Virus record (IMG/VR): IMGVR_UViG_3300034069_002177
Coordinates: 64,001 to 128,000 of that record
Direction: 5' to 3' (one strand)
DNA length: 64,000 bases
Origin: a virus
Lineage: Duplodnaviria > Caudoviricetes
Position numbers and translations under genes: made by a program. Each line of letters starts with the position of its first letter. The stretch's first letter is position 1. Shown here one piece after another: positions 16,303-26,116 of this stretch. The notes beneath the pieces were generated by a model, which had not been told where the DNA came from, made no database searches, and was given only the letters and a program-made list of their open reading frames with translations.

Positions 16303-16776
16303 TTGACCGAGCTAGTAATCGCTCCAATGAATGTCGAAGATATTCAGTCCGTTATCGACCATGTAACCAATGTATCCCTAGCTTCGTCGCATCTCGACCA
16401 CCCCAATATCGGTGCATGGCTTGAAGGTGAATACAATCCTGCTGATGTACTCGCAAAGCTTGATTCGAGCATCTGTCTCATTGTGAGAGATAACGAGCAC
16501 ATTGTCGGTACCGGATTCATCGATACGACAACTGGCTACATTTCGGGTGTCTATGTCTCCAATAAGGGACACGGTACTGGTCGTTTGATTGTCGATAGGT
16601 TGCTTGAAGAAGCAGCAGCAGAGGCTGGTACGAAACACTTCACTGCGAGTGTTCATCCTGACTCGAAAGCCATGCAGCACATTCTTTCAACGTCTGGTTT
16701 CACGGCAACGCATGTGGACCCTCACGTTGTTTACTATGTTGGTACCGACTTCATGATTTGGGAAAAGTCGGTATAG
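16303..16776 (+). CDS. GNAT family N-acetyltransferase
   Basis: beta4/alpha3 acetyl-CoA motif VYVSNKGHGTGRLIVDRLL; C-terminal AMQHILSTSGF. Confidence 0.8.
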   Translation: MTELVIAPMNVEDIQSVIDHVTNVSLASSHLDHPNIGAWLEGEYNPADVLAKLDSSICLIVRDNEHIVGTGFIDTTTGYISGVYVSNKGHGTGRLIVDRLLEEAAAEAGTKHFTASVHPDSKAMQHILSTSGFTATHVDPHVVYYVGTDFMIWEKSV

Positions 16777-16782
16777 CAACAC

Positions 16783-16854
16783 GCCTCGTTAGTTCAGCGG
16801 AAGAATGCCTCTTTCCTAAAGAGTTGGTCGCTGGTTCGAATCCAGTACGGGGCA
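16783..16854 (+). tRNA. trnR: tRNA-Arg(CCT)
   Basis: Loop TT-CCT-AA. Confidence 0.9.
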
Positions 16855-17209
16855 CTGGGAAAACACCAACAGATTCGATTAGTCATCGAGGAACTAAGTT
16901 GGTGAGGGTGGTCGTTCACCGTGAAAAGAACGATGTCTGGTGATGTAGACGAGGTACCTAGCCTGAATCACAAGCGGATGAGACGGTTAGCTGGTTGGTG
17001 GACGCTCGATAAGGGTGGTTTCCGTACTCGCTGATTTGTGGGGTATAGATTCCGAATACTGCGACCCATCGTGGAAGACAACAAGCGGCTTGACTGGTCG
17101 CCCAAGTGACAAGTGTGGTGGAAATCCACTAGTAATCAAGAGCGTGGTACAGGGATCATAACCCTGCCTCCGTGAAGGTTTTAAGCCGGAGCGGCTTGGT
17201 TGCGATTTA

Positions 17210-17283
17210 CGGAGTATGGGAAAATTTGGCAATCCGCGCCGTTCGGGACGGCGAGAATGAGGGTTCAAATCCCTCTACTCCGA
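17210..17283 (+). tRNA. trnP: tRNA-Pro(CGG)
   Basis: C1-G72; loop TT-CGG-GA. Confidence 0.92.
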
Positions 17284-17377
17284 CATGGGGCGAGTGAGTC
17301 CGCGAAACCTTGGTGTTGACAACACAAGTAGACGTGGGCGCGGTCGCGTGTTTTCTCGACACCCTGTATCGTCAAAT

Positions 17378-17634
17378 GCAGTAGGGTTGAGGAACAGAAA
17401 TGCGGGCAGCAATGTGCCGCTACCGTAGGTCGAGACTACGGCGCTCCACCAAACTTTTGACACAGATTGGTCAACCCCGGCGCTTTAGGGGCTGAGAACG
17501 GCTCACAGAGCCAGTGGTCGTGGGCGAAGCGTGAAGGCATCCTGGGTAAGTCCTTCCGGCAAGCTACCAACGCGAATTCTGAGGTTCATGTCTTGGAAGT
17601 GCTGGGGACGTGGGTTCGATTCCCACCGACTGCA
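17378..17634 (+). ncRNA. large structured RNA closed by a tRNA/tmRNA-like acceptor and T arm
   Basis: GCAGTAG pairs (6/7) with CGACTGC-A after GGGGAC-GTGGG-TTCGATT-CCCAC; internal hairpins such as CCGTAG/CTACGG. Confidence 0.4.
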
Positions 17635-17660
17635 CAACGTCAGCAATGCGCTGACCGTAT

Positions 17661-17734
17661 GGTGTTCGTAGCTCAATTGGCAGAGCGGCAGGTCGTGAAC
17701 CTGTTCGTTGCGGGTTCAAGTCCCGTCGTCCACC
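17661..17734 (+). tRNA. atypical tRNA-His-like (loop TC-GTG-AA)
   Basis: G-1/C73, canonical D and T arms, C33, two acceptor mismatches. Confidence 0.65.
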
Positions 17735-17766
17735 TGAAACGATACCCTTATCGTCAAAAGGAATAA

Positions 17767-17840
17767 CAGGATGTAGCGCAGTTTGGTAGCGCGCCAGTTC
17801 GGGGAACTGGAGGTCGCGGGTTCAAACCCCGCCATCCTGA
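17767..17840 (+). tRNA. trnP: tRNA-Pro(GGG), C33 variant
   Basis: C1-G72; CCAGT-TC-GGG-GA-ACTGG. Confidence 0.85.
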
Positions 17841-18016
17841 CACTTATCGACATCCGTTAACGAATGACACCGTACTGTTTTATGGTATAAACACCCCAAT
17901 AGAGGGGTGGTTGTTCGATAGCGGGTACATTCCACATAAAAATGGCTTGACAGATGAGACAATTTCATACACGGCAAAATGGTTGCTGTATCTACATCCG
18001 AAAGCTCATCCCGACC

Positions 18017-19537
18017 ATGCTCCCAACTTCCCGCCAACTACTCGTTGGAGACTCCGCTGAAAACAGCATCATGCAGACAATTACGATTGCTGTTTCAGCA
18101 ATCCTTATTGCCGCTGGTCTTGTTACCGCTCCGGGTCTTATCAACAACGCCCGCGACAACAACGCCACTTCTGACTTGGCTAACGTAGCCTACGCTCAGG
18201 AAGGTGCGCTTGCTGTTGACGGCAAGTACCACTCTGACATCGATCCTAAGTCAACTGCTGATGATTCCCTCATCAAGACTGGCGGTGTCAAGTACACCTT
18301 CTCGGGCAAGACGACCAATCAGGCTGCATTGACTTGCGATACGCCAACCGCTGCCTACCTCATTCGCACAACCGCTGCTAATGGCAAGACTTTCTACCGC
18401 GCATCCGGTTCTGCTACGACTTCTACGGACCTTTCCAAGCTCACCATTGCAGATTGCATCAAGGCGCTTCCGGGATGGACCAGCTTCGAGATTCCTCAGC
18501 CCTCCGCTGGTGGCTCAACCACACCTTCTGCTGGTGCTTTCGTTGTCAAGAATCTCGCTAACCCCGGTCTTCGCTCCGCTGTTGCTAGCAACGGAAAAAT
18601 CTACGGTACGTTGAACTACGGCGCTCCTGACACTACTCAGTCGCCCGACCAAGACGGCAACCAGCCCGAACTTCCTCTAGATTTGCGAATTTCTTCTGAC
18701 AACGGTGCTACATGGTCAAGTGCAACTGGTCTACCTTCTAACCAGTTGATGGACAACATCCACGCTTCTGCGGATGGTCAAACCATCATCTTGACGCCTG
18801 GTGACAGCAACGGTCTCTACATCTCACACGATGCGGGCGCTTCATGGTCTCGCGTTGATGCCGCTGGAGAAAACAACTGGAATGGCGCGGTCACGTTGTC
18901 AGATGATGGCAAGACTATCGTCCTTTCTTCCCAGGATCAGAACAACTTTGATTATGGTACTGGACAGAACACTGTTGTTCCTGGTGGAGCAATGATCTCG
19001 CACGATGGTGGTGCTACCTTCACTACCAAGAACGTTGGGTCGGGAAACGACTTCCACGCATGGGCAACTTCTTCTGACGGAAGCGTCATTTACGGTAATG
19101 CAAATGACGGCACATTGTACAAGTCAACCAATGGTGGAAACACCTTCACTGCTCTATCTACGAGCACTCAAGGTGACTCTGCCATCAGCACCAATTCTGA
19201 TGGAAGCAGTGTCCTGCTTGTTGACGGAAACGATAGAGGAAACAACTTGTCGCTTTCTACAAATGGCGGTCAGTCCTTCAAAAACATCTCTCCGACAAAT
19301 GATCCTGATAATCGTAGATTCTGGTTCAAGTCGGATATGAGCGCCGATGGCAACACCATTGTTGTTGGTGATGGCAATGGTAACCCTGATTCATATATCT
19401 CAACCGATGCTGGTTCGACGTGGACCAAGGTTGACGGTACTTCTGGTCAGATCGGTTCAGTAAGTGTTTCTGCTGATGGTAAGACTTTCACAGTAACCGA
19501 TTCGAACAACCGCAGCACCGCAGTTGGTACCCGCTAG
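18017..19537 (+). CDS. type IV pilin-like N-terminus fused to BNR/Asp-box repeat (beta-propeller) domain
   Basis: Hydrophobic helix IMQTITIAVSAILIAAGLVTAPGL then SDLANVAYAQE; six S-x-D/N-x-G-x-T/S-W/F boxes; start codon uncertain. Confidence 0.7.
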   Translation: MLPTSRQLLVGDSAENSIMQTITIAVSAILIAAGLVTAPGLINNARDNNATSDLANVAYAQEGALAVDGKYHSDIDPKSTADDSLIKTGGVKYTFSGKTTNQAALTCDTPTAAYLIRTTAANGKTFYRASGSATTSTDLSKLTIADCIKALPGWTSFEIPQPSAGGSTTPSAGAFVVKNLANPGLRSAVASNGKIYGTLNYGAPDTTQSPDQDGNQPELPLDLRISSDNGATWSSATGLPSNQLMDNIHASADGQTIILTPGDSNGLYISHDAGASWSRVDAAGENNWNGAVTLSDDGKTIVLSSQDQNNFDYGTGQNTVVPGGAMISHDGGATFTTKNVGSGNDFHAWATSSDGSVIYGNANDGTLYKSTNGGNTFTALSTSTQGDSAISTNSDGSSVLLVDGNDRGNNLSLSTNGGQSFKNISPTNDPDNRRFWFKSDMSADGNTIVVGDGNGNPDSYISTDAGSTWTKVDGTSGQIGSVSVSADGKTFTVTDSNNRSTAVGTR

Positions 19538-19561
19538 AACCAATCTGCATCAACTAGCACC

Positions 19562-19600
19562 AGAAGCCGTGATACTCTCCCGATGAGTGTCACGGCTTCT
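19562..19600 (+). terminator. rho-independent terminator
   Basis: 16-bp stem AGAAGCCGTGATACTC/GAGTGTCACGGCTTCT. Confidence 0.7.
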
Positions 19601-19692
19601 GTCGTTCTTACTCCTAGATTTTTCTTTATCCGCTACGTAGAATTCAACTCCATAGCGTCACCTACAACCGAGCATAGAACAGGAGAAAACCA

Positions 19693-20190
19693 ATGACCGG
19701 TGTAATTGTACTGAATGCAAGTTATGAGCCCCTAGGCGTTGTTTCGCTCCACAAGGCGATGAAGAACATCATCCGTGGTCGTGTCGAAGTTGTACGTGCG
19801 CACGATTCTGATGTCATCCACACGTCTTCTGGTGTGCTCGCTGTGCCTATCGCTGTTCGTTTCACCAAGATGGTTCGGGTTCCTTACCGTAATGGTGAGA
19901 TGCAGCCGCACCTGAAGAAGGTTTTGATCCGTGACAACTACACGTGTGCCTACTGCGGTAAGCACGCTAAGACAGTTGACCACATCCAGCCTAAGTCCCG
20001 TGGTGGTAAGAACACGTGGATGAACCTCATTGCTGCTTGCCAGCCTTGTAACGGTAAGAAGGCGAACAAGACTCCTGAGGAAGCACACATGGTTCTTCAG
20101 TTCCAGCCGCACCCTGTCTACCAGCAGGATGTCCTGACGGCGAACATTGCCAAGACAGGCTTCAGCATGGATACTCTGTTCGACTTCTGA
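19693..20190 (+). CDS. HNH endonuclease
   Basis: RDNYTCAYCG...TVDHIQPKSRGG...NLIAACQPCNGKK; RBS AGGAGA. Confidence 0.92.
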   Translation: MTGVIVLNASYEPLGVVSLHKAMKNIIRGRVEVVRAHDSDVIHTSSGVLAVPIAVRFTKMVRVPYRNGEMQPHLKKVLIRDNYTCAYCGKHAKTVDHIQPKSRGGKNTWMNLIAACQPCNGKKANKTPEEAHMVLQFQPHPVYQQDVLTANIAKTGFSMDTLFDF

Positions 20191-20290
20191 ACGAACTAGC
20201 TACACCCTCGGGGACAACTATCTATGGGTGGTTGTCCCCGAGCCATTTGCGGAGTACGCTCCGCTTGTCAGTCAAGAGAAAGAGAAAAAG

Positions 20291-21493
20291 ATGAGTAACG
20301 AATTAGGATTCCCAATCGAGATGATTGGTACCAAGGCTCCGGTCCGAATGTGGGCTAATGAGTGGGAAGTAGAGCATGATGCGTTGAAGCAGCTACGGAA
20401 TATTGCTTCGATGCCTTGGGTTCACGGCGTCCGTGTGATGCCTGACGTGCATGTCGGCAAGGGCGCTACCGTTGGTTCGGTTATCGCTATGAAGCAAGCC
20501 GTATCTCCCAATGCTGTTGGTGTTGATATTGGCTGTGGAGTTGTAGCCGTTCGCACGAGCTTGCGCGAAGAAGATTTAGAGCGTTTGCCTCAGTTACGTG
20601 CGGCTATTGAGAACTCCATCCCTGTCGGTTTCCGTGGACATGACCGTGATGTGAATGTCCGCCAGCTTGGTCTTGAACGAGGCTGGGATAACTTCTGGGG
20701 CGACTACAAGAATTTGCACAAGGATGCCGATGCTATTGAGGGTAGAGCGCACTCTCAAATGGGTACATTAGGTGGCGGTAATCACTTCATCGAACTCTGT
20801 GTAGACGAAGCCGGTGATGTGTGGCTAACGCTGCACTCCGGTTCTCGTAACATCGGCAAGTCACTTGCGGAACGTCACATCGACATTGCGCAGAAGCTTG
20901 CTCACAATGACGGCTTGGTTGACCGAGACCTGGCGGTGTTCTTATCGGGTACGCCCGAAATGGATGCTTACCGTCACGACTTGATGTGGGCTCAGGAGTA
21001 TGCGCTACGTTCTCGCTCGATCATGATGGCGCTGTTCCGCAAGGCACTTCGTGATCACTACGGTGACAGCAAGACCGTCACCTTCGATGAAGAAATCAAT
21101 GTGCACCACAACTACGTCGCTGAGGAAATCATCGACGGCGAAGAGATGTTGGTTACCCGTAAGGGCGCTATTCGCGCAGGTCTTGGCGATGTTGCATTGA
21201 TTCCTGGTTCGATGGGTACCGGTTCGTATGTTGTTCGTGGTCTCGGAAACGATGCTTCGTTCCAGTCGGCATCTCACGGCGCTGGTCGTCGTATGAGCCG
21301 CAGCGCTGCAAAGCGGAAGTACACGGTCGAAGACTTGATTGCTCAGACAAAGGGTGTTGAGTCTCGTAAGGACCAGGGTGTTGTCGATGAGATTCCAGCG
21401 GCATACAAGGATTTGAAGCATGTCATGGATTCGCAGTCGGACTTGGTAGAAATCGTTCAGCACCTACGAACGGTTCTCTGCGTCAAGGGCTAG
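20291..21493 (+). CDS. rtcB: RtcB RNA ligase
   Basis: MPDVHVGKGATVG, VGVDIGCG, GTLGGGNHF, HSGSR, HHNY, RKGA, PGSMG, HGAGR, DEIPAAYK. Confidence 0.97.
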   Translation: MSNELGFPIEMIGTKAPVRMWANEWEVEHDALKQLRNIASMPWVHGVRVMPDVHVGKGATVGSVIAMKQAVSPNAVGVDIGCGVVAVRTSLREEDLERLPQLRAAIENSIPVGFRGHDRDVNVRQLGLERGWDNFWGDYKNLHKDADAIEGRAHSQMGTLGGGNHFIELCVDEAGDVWLTLHSGSRNIGKSLAERHIDIAQKLAHNDGLVDRDLAVFLSGTPEMDAYRHDLMWAQEYALRSRSIMMALFRKALRDHYGDSKTVTFDEEINVHHNYVAEEIIDGEEMLVTRKGAIRAGLGDVALIPGSMGTGSYVVRGLGNDASFQSASHGAGRRMSRSAAKRKYTVEDLIAQTKGVESRKDQGVVDEIPAAYKDLKHVMDSQSDLVEIVQHLRTVLCVKG

Positions 21494-21505
21494 ACGGTAT
21501 TGCTC

Positions 21506-21538
21506 AGAAGAGAGGCTCGAAAGGGTCTCTCTTCTTTG
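21506..21538 (+). terminator. rho-independent terminator
   Basis: AGAAGAGAGGCTC-GAAA-GGGTCTCTCTTCT then TT. Confidence 0.7.
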
Positions 21539-21592
21539 CGTAACCGCCTATGTCGGATGACTGCGTTAGACTTGTATCAACAAAGGAGATTC

Positions 21593-22201
21593 ATGTCCGA
21601 CCGCTCTCACCTCATTCGTGACACTACCGTCGATGTCAATGGACACCCTAAAACGGTGTATCGCAAACCGGGCGACCCCGCGCCAACGAACAACAGCCGC
21701 TCCGGTGGTATCGGCGCTCCGATTTCTTCACGACTTGTCAAGGTGGTTCCTGACCACTCGCAAGAGTTCCCTATCGCGGCAGATAAGTTCGATTCTCGTT
21801 GGGCTGAAACTAATCGTGTGAAGTACGCTGATGATTACATCAACGAATTCCAAGCGTGGAATGGCTGGAACGATTACAACCCAAACGGCACCCTCAACGC
21901 TCAGTCTGGTGATGATGGCATACTCTACTTCGTGGAGCCTCATACTGGCGATTTGGTTCTCACTGGTACGCCTGGTGAATTTTACATTGCAGCCATTTCA
22001 TCGCCACCAGTTGTCGAGCCCATCGAGTCCGGCTACAAGATCACGTACGTATCAACCGATTATGCAGAGGATGACAACCACCTCACCACCTTCAATATTG
22101 ACGCTAAGGGTGACTACACCGGAGAACCGGGTACGCTCGACACGTTCGGTAGTAACCTTGATGCAGAAAGCGCTCTCGGTGTTCTGCGTGGAGAGAACTA
22201 A
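21593..22201 (+). CDS. hypothetical protein, DKNG-motif family (divergent)
   Basis: RBS AAGGAGA; N-terminal TTVDVNGHPKTVYRK. Confidence 0.8.
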   Translation: MSDRSHLIRDTTVDVNGHPKTVYRKPGDPAPTNNSRSGGIGAPISSRLVKVVPDHSQEFPIAADKFDSRWAETNRVKYADDYINEFQAWNGWNDYNPNGTLNAQSGDDGILYFVEPHTGDLVLTGTPGEFYIAAISSPPVVEPIESGYKITYVSTDYAEDDNHLTTFNIDAKGDYTGEPGTLDTFGSNLDAESALGVLRGEN

Positions 22202-22316
22202 ACACATTTGATTGTGCTGAGAAGGGAAGTCTTTTACGGCTTCCCTTCTTGCATTTAACGGTCTCGTATGACTCGGGATGCTAACCTCTGTGTAGTCAAA
22301 ACGAGAGGCTCCTAGC

Positions 22317-22961
22317 GTGAGTATTGTCCAGAATCCCAAGTCCGATGTCACAGAAGACAACATTCAACTCACGGGTAAGAATGCCCTTTTGGCTTGGAAC
22401 CGTATTTCGACTGTACTTGCCGAGCATGGGGTCGATGATTCCACCGCTATTTCCAAGGCGGTCGCAAGGCGTCTAGTCGAGGACCACATCGTAGAAGGAG
22501 ATTTTTTCACACCCGGCTTGACTCATAACAGCAGCATTCGTGTTCGCAAGCTTGTGGATAATGCAGTTGTTCCTCATTTTGCTCACGTCACCGATGCCGG
22601 TGCTGACCTCATCAGCGTAGAAGATGTCGTGATTCCCGCTGGCGGACACAAGATGGTAGGTACTGGTATCGCTATCGAAATTCCTCTCGGTCGCGTTGGT
22701 CTTGTCCACCCTCGTTCCGGTCTTGCTGCGAAGCATGGCATCACCGTCTTGAACACCCCTGGCACTATTGACTCCGGTTACCGTGGTGAAGTCAAGGTAA
22801 TCCTCTACAACAGCACGAAAGAGGATTACGAAGTTGCTGTAGGTGACCGTATTGCTCAGTTGGTTATCCAAGAGCATGATTACCCGTTGTTCATCGAGGT
22901 CGAAGATCTCGCAACTTCCGACCGTGGTGAAAACGGTATCGGGTCCACAGGAAAGAACTGA
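22317..22961 (+). CDS. dut: trimeric dUTPase with N-terminal extension
   Basis: DAGADL, PRSGLA, GTIDSGYRGEVKV, RIAQLV, RGENGIGSTG. Confidence 0.95.
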   Translation: MSIVQNPKSDVTEDNIQLTGKNALLAWNRISTVLAEHGVDDSTAISKAVARRLVEDHIVEGDFFTPGLTHNSSIRVRKLVDNAVVPHFAHVTDAGADLISVEDVVIPAGGHKMVGTGIAIEIPLGRVGLVHPRSGLAAKHGITVLNTPGTIDSGYRGEVKVILYNSTKEDYEVAVGDRIAQLVIQEHDYPLFIEVEDLATSDRGENGIGSTGKN

Positions 22962-22966
22962 ACCAG

Positions 22967-23440
22967 ATGAAGAAAATCTTTGCCGTATCGGCATTGGTAA
23001 TGACCATTGGGCTGACGCTCGTTGGTTGTACTAACGCGAGCACAAACGGTGGCGGTACAGATGGTGTTCTTGCGCCGACGACCAAAGGTGATGATGTCAC
23101 TATCAGTCAGCTAAGCCAGGCAGAGACCGATAAACTTGTCGATGCTTCTGGTTCGAACTTCAGTGATTTCACGCCGGTTGCAAAGGGCAACAAGGTTACT
23201 TTTATTACGGTCGGTAGCAAGACGTGCAAGGAGACTCCTATTGCTGCCAAGGCAGAGAGCGATGCTACCAAGATCGCATTCAAGGTCTACGACCAGAAGA
23301 CGACCTGTTCCAATGATTTCGGCACTTACGGTTGGACCATCACATTCAAGAACACCACTCCTTTCGCTGGTGCTCCCTTCCTTCGTTGTGAGGGTGACAA
23401 ATGCTATAGCGATACCACAAACGACACCAAGGCTTGGTAA
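22967..23440 (+). CDS. lipoprotein
   Basis: MKK + hydrophobic stretch + lipobox LVGC. Confidence 0.8.
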   Translation: MKKIFAVSALVMTIGLTLVGCTNASTNGGGTDGVLAPTTKGDDVTISQLSQAETDKLVDASGSNFSDFTPVAKGNKVTFITVGSKTCKETPIAAKAESDATKIAFKVYDQKTTCSNDFGTYGWTITFKNTTPFAGAPFLRCEGDKCYSDTTNDTKAW

Positions 23441-23443
23441 CGA

Positions 23444-25075
23444 GTGAGTGATGGTGATTTCTCCGGTTTTGGTGCCGGGGTAGACAACAACGATAATTCG
23501 AAGAGGTCTTGGTATGACGGATTATCGCCAGAGGAACGTGCGCGTTATCAGGTAGAGGCTCAGAAGAAGCTACAGAACAGCAATCCGTCTTCTCGACCTC
23601 CTGTGCAACCAGTACGTCCGGTTCAGCCGGTTCGCCCTGTGCAGCCGGTTCGCCCTGTGCAGCCCATACGACCCGTCAACCCCACGCAGCAGCAAGTACC
23701 CGTATCTCGGGCTCGGTCGGCTCAGCCAGCCCCACAGCGCCCTGCGGCACCGGTTCAGGCAACCTCATACACATCTTCGCCGCCACCCACTCCGCAGCGT
23801 TCTTTACCCCCGGAAGCACCCTCAACACCTACTTCTTTTCTAAGCCCTTCTTCGACTCAGCAGCCTTCGGGAGATATTCAGCCGCCGCCGCCTGACCCGT
23901 ATCGCTATCTTCAGGCGGCACCTCAATCCTTCGAGGATCAGTCGCCGCCTTCGACTCCTAGGAATCCTTCATATCTTGATGACTTTGATGGCTTAGATAG
24001 ACAACAGCCGGTTCCTCCTATCGATCCTGCCGTTTTGCTGGATCCTTATGGTCGGGCTGCGATAACTCCACCCGAATTCCGCCCCTCTCCCCAAGGTCAA
24101 CCTGTTCCAGAATATCGCAACTATACGGAACCAACTCCCGGACAAACCCAGTATCGCCCCGCATTCAATCCGGTACCAAATTTCGCTCAGCAAGGACCGA
24201 CATACGCCCCACGCCCGCCTAGGCGTCGCAAAAAGTCTTTCATCCCCTTTACAATCGTCGCGGCATTTCTCGCGTTTGCCTTGGGAGCGGGAATCCCGTT
24301 AATTGGTCAGTACAGTGGTTCTGTGCAACAGTCAATAACTAACGCCGCCCCGAGTTCTCATGTAGGGACGGATGGCTCTATTGCCACTGTTACCGATCTC
24401 TCTACGACGTTGGCTGCGTCTGAGCAGATTCTCAAAGGGTCTGATGGTGTCAAGTCAGCCGCCGATTTAAAGGCAAAGATAGCGACCGCCACAAAGGTTG
24501 TAGCAGATAGCAAAAGCACCCCGGCAGAGCTTGGAAAGGCTCAGAACGAACTTGCTACAGTGACTGCCGATGTACGCCAGGAAGTACGCGTAGTTCAAGT
24601 GAATACTTACTCGGCAGCAGTAAAGACTAAACTTGCCAATGGCGAATTCCACCAAGGTGCTACTCGTAAAGACGATGTTCGCAACATGCTCGATACCCTC
24701 GGTGGTCAGGACATCGGGGTTATCTATGTTGACAGCCCTTGTGGTCTCACTAACGCCGCAGGTTGTGTCAAGAGCGAAGATCCTTCTGTCATGTACATCT
24801 CTCCCAAGATTTTGAACAAGGCTTACTACCAGGACTACATGTTGTTGCAGACTGTTGCCCACGAATACGGACATACTGTTCACTTCCGTACAGGCTACTA
24901 CCGTGTTTTCAATAACCCCGAAGTCAAGGCAGCTTTCGGCAAAGACCCAGAACATATTGCTGACTGCATGTCTCAGGACATTACGGGAGTGGTATTTACG
25001 ACCTATGGTTACACATGTGACGCTTCGCAACTCGCTGCTGCGAGAAAAATCTGGAATGATGACCTCGCATCTTGA
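23444..25075 (+). CDS. Pro-rich membrane protein with C-terminal HExxH metallopeptidase-like domain
   Basis: Pro/Gln-rich cytoplasmic N-terminus, one TM after RRRKK, TVAHEYGHTVH...EHIADC. Confidence 0.8.
   Translation: MSDGDFSGFGAGVDNNDNSKRSWYDGLSPEERARYQVEAQKKLQNSNPSSRPPVQPVRPVQPVRPVQPVRPVQPIRPVNPTQQQVPVSRARSAQPAPQRPAAPVQATSYTSSPPPTPQRSLPPEAPSTPTSFLSPSSTQQPSGDIQPPPPDPYRYLQAAPQSFEDQSPPSTPRNPSYLDDFDGLDRQQPVPPIDPAVLLDPYGRAAITPPEFRPSPQGQPVPEYRNYTEPTPGQTQYRPAFNPVPNFAQQGPTYAPRPPRRRKKSFIPFTIVAAFLAFALGAGIPLIGQYSGSVQQSITNAAPSSHVGTDGSIATVTDLSTTLAASEQILKGSDGVKSAADLKAKIATATKVVADSKSTPAELGKAQNELATVTADVRQEVRVVQVNTYSAAVKTKLANGEFHQGATRKDDVRNMLDTLGGQDIGVIYVDSPCGLTNAAGCVKSEDPSVMYISPKILNKAYYQDYMLLQTVAHEYGHTVHFRTGYYRVFNNPEVKAAFGKDPEHIADCMSQDITGVVFTTYGYTCDASQLAAARKIWNDDLAS
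23600..23671 (+). repeat. 18-bp coding tandem repeat (PVQPVR x4)
   Basis: CCTGTGCAACCAGTACGT-like unit repeated four times in frame. Confidence 0.8.
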
Positions 25076-25142
25076 CGTAGATCAATTTGTCTGGTAGATT
25101 AGGTCTGATCGGACAAAGTGTTCGGGACAAGCTAGTTGAGAG

Positions 25143-26063
25143 ATGAATGACAACCTACGCCGATATGACCTAATCCAAATCCACTTCGATACCCGTACCA
25201 TCAGCGGCAGTAAACCATTGTGCTACCTCGTAGCTGCCGTTGGGGACGGCTCTGGTGAATTTGAAGTCATAACCGATGAATTTGAACCCCGTGAGAATGC
25301 TCATGGGGAGCTTGCCGCGCGCATCGTCGATACCTGCATGAAGGTTGCTTCCAATAACCCACAGGCTCCGATTGAAGCCTTGGTTTACAATTCCGGTCCA
25401 CGCAAGAACATCTTGGCTATCGGAAGCGAATTCGGTCATGTGCGTTTCGCGCTACAGTCGGAGTTGAACAAGTCAAGTGCAGGCGGTCAGATAGTTACCG
25501 AAAAGACTCATAGTTGGGTAGTGGGTACCCCTGAGGTCGTTCAGGAAGATAGCGGTTCTGAACCAATGACTTTTGTGGCAACAGATGGAAGTCTGAACAA
25601 GTTCTACGCTGGTGGTTCCTACGGCTGGATTTCCTCTGACGGAGAGTTCGGTTACGGCGGTGTCGTACGTGGTGAAAGTTCACTTATCTGTGAACTTATT
25701 GCCATCAAAGAAATGCTTTCTTCGATGAAGCGAGACAATGTAAGGGTTCTGGTTGACAACCGATTAGCTATCAAGATTTCACGCGAGCCTGATTCGATGG
25801 GTGACAGCAAGCTTGTGAGCAAGCGTGCGCTTACGTTGGCTCGTAGCATCGCAGACCTAGTAAAGAAACGCAAGAATGTCGAGTTCCGTTGGATTAAGGG
25901 GCACAGCGGACATCCTTTGAATGAGGGTGCCGACCGTTTGGCGCGCAACGCTAGACTTGCTCAGTCATTCGATCAAGACAGCACGACAGTGAGCCAAATC
26001 GCACAGACCATTGCTGATGATATTACTGAGGAATACAACGCCTACGCCGAAACAGTACGCTGA
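25143..26063 (+). CDS. RNase HI-domain protein with N-terminal extension
   Basis: VATDGS, ELIAI, VLVDN, FRWIKGHSGHPLNEGADRLAR. Confidence 0.88.
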   Translation: MNDNLRRYDLIQIHFDTRTISGSKPLCYLVAAVGDGSGEFEVITDEFEPRENAHGELAARIVDTCMKVASNNPQAPIEALVYNSGPRKNILAIGSEFGHVRFALQSELNKSSAGGQIVTEKTHSWVVGTPEVVQEDSGSEPMTFVATDGSLNKFYAGGSYGWISSDGEFGYGGVVRGESSLICELIAIKEMLSSMKRDNVRVLVDNRLAIKISREPDSMGDSKLVSKRALTLARSIADLVKKRKNVEFRWIKGHSGHPLNEGADRLARNARLAQSFDQDSTTVSQIAQTIADDITEEYNAYAETVR

Positions 26064-26116
26064 CAACTTTCTCGCTGCTATCATCTGACGACGCCGCAAG
26101 ATAAGAATGAGTGTGC

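Noticed and set aside
17414-17600. Group I intron in the 17378-17634 element (GAGACTA and AAGTCC resemble P7 strands)
   Set aside because: GAGACTA lies only ~20 nt into the putative intron and inside a local hairpin (CCGTAG/CTACGG), and no consistent U-G 5' splice site or P4-P6 core was found.
19567-19575. CCGTGATAC match to the cas6e-adjacent spacer inside a terminator
   Set aside because: Only 9 nt and expected by chance in a window this size.
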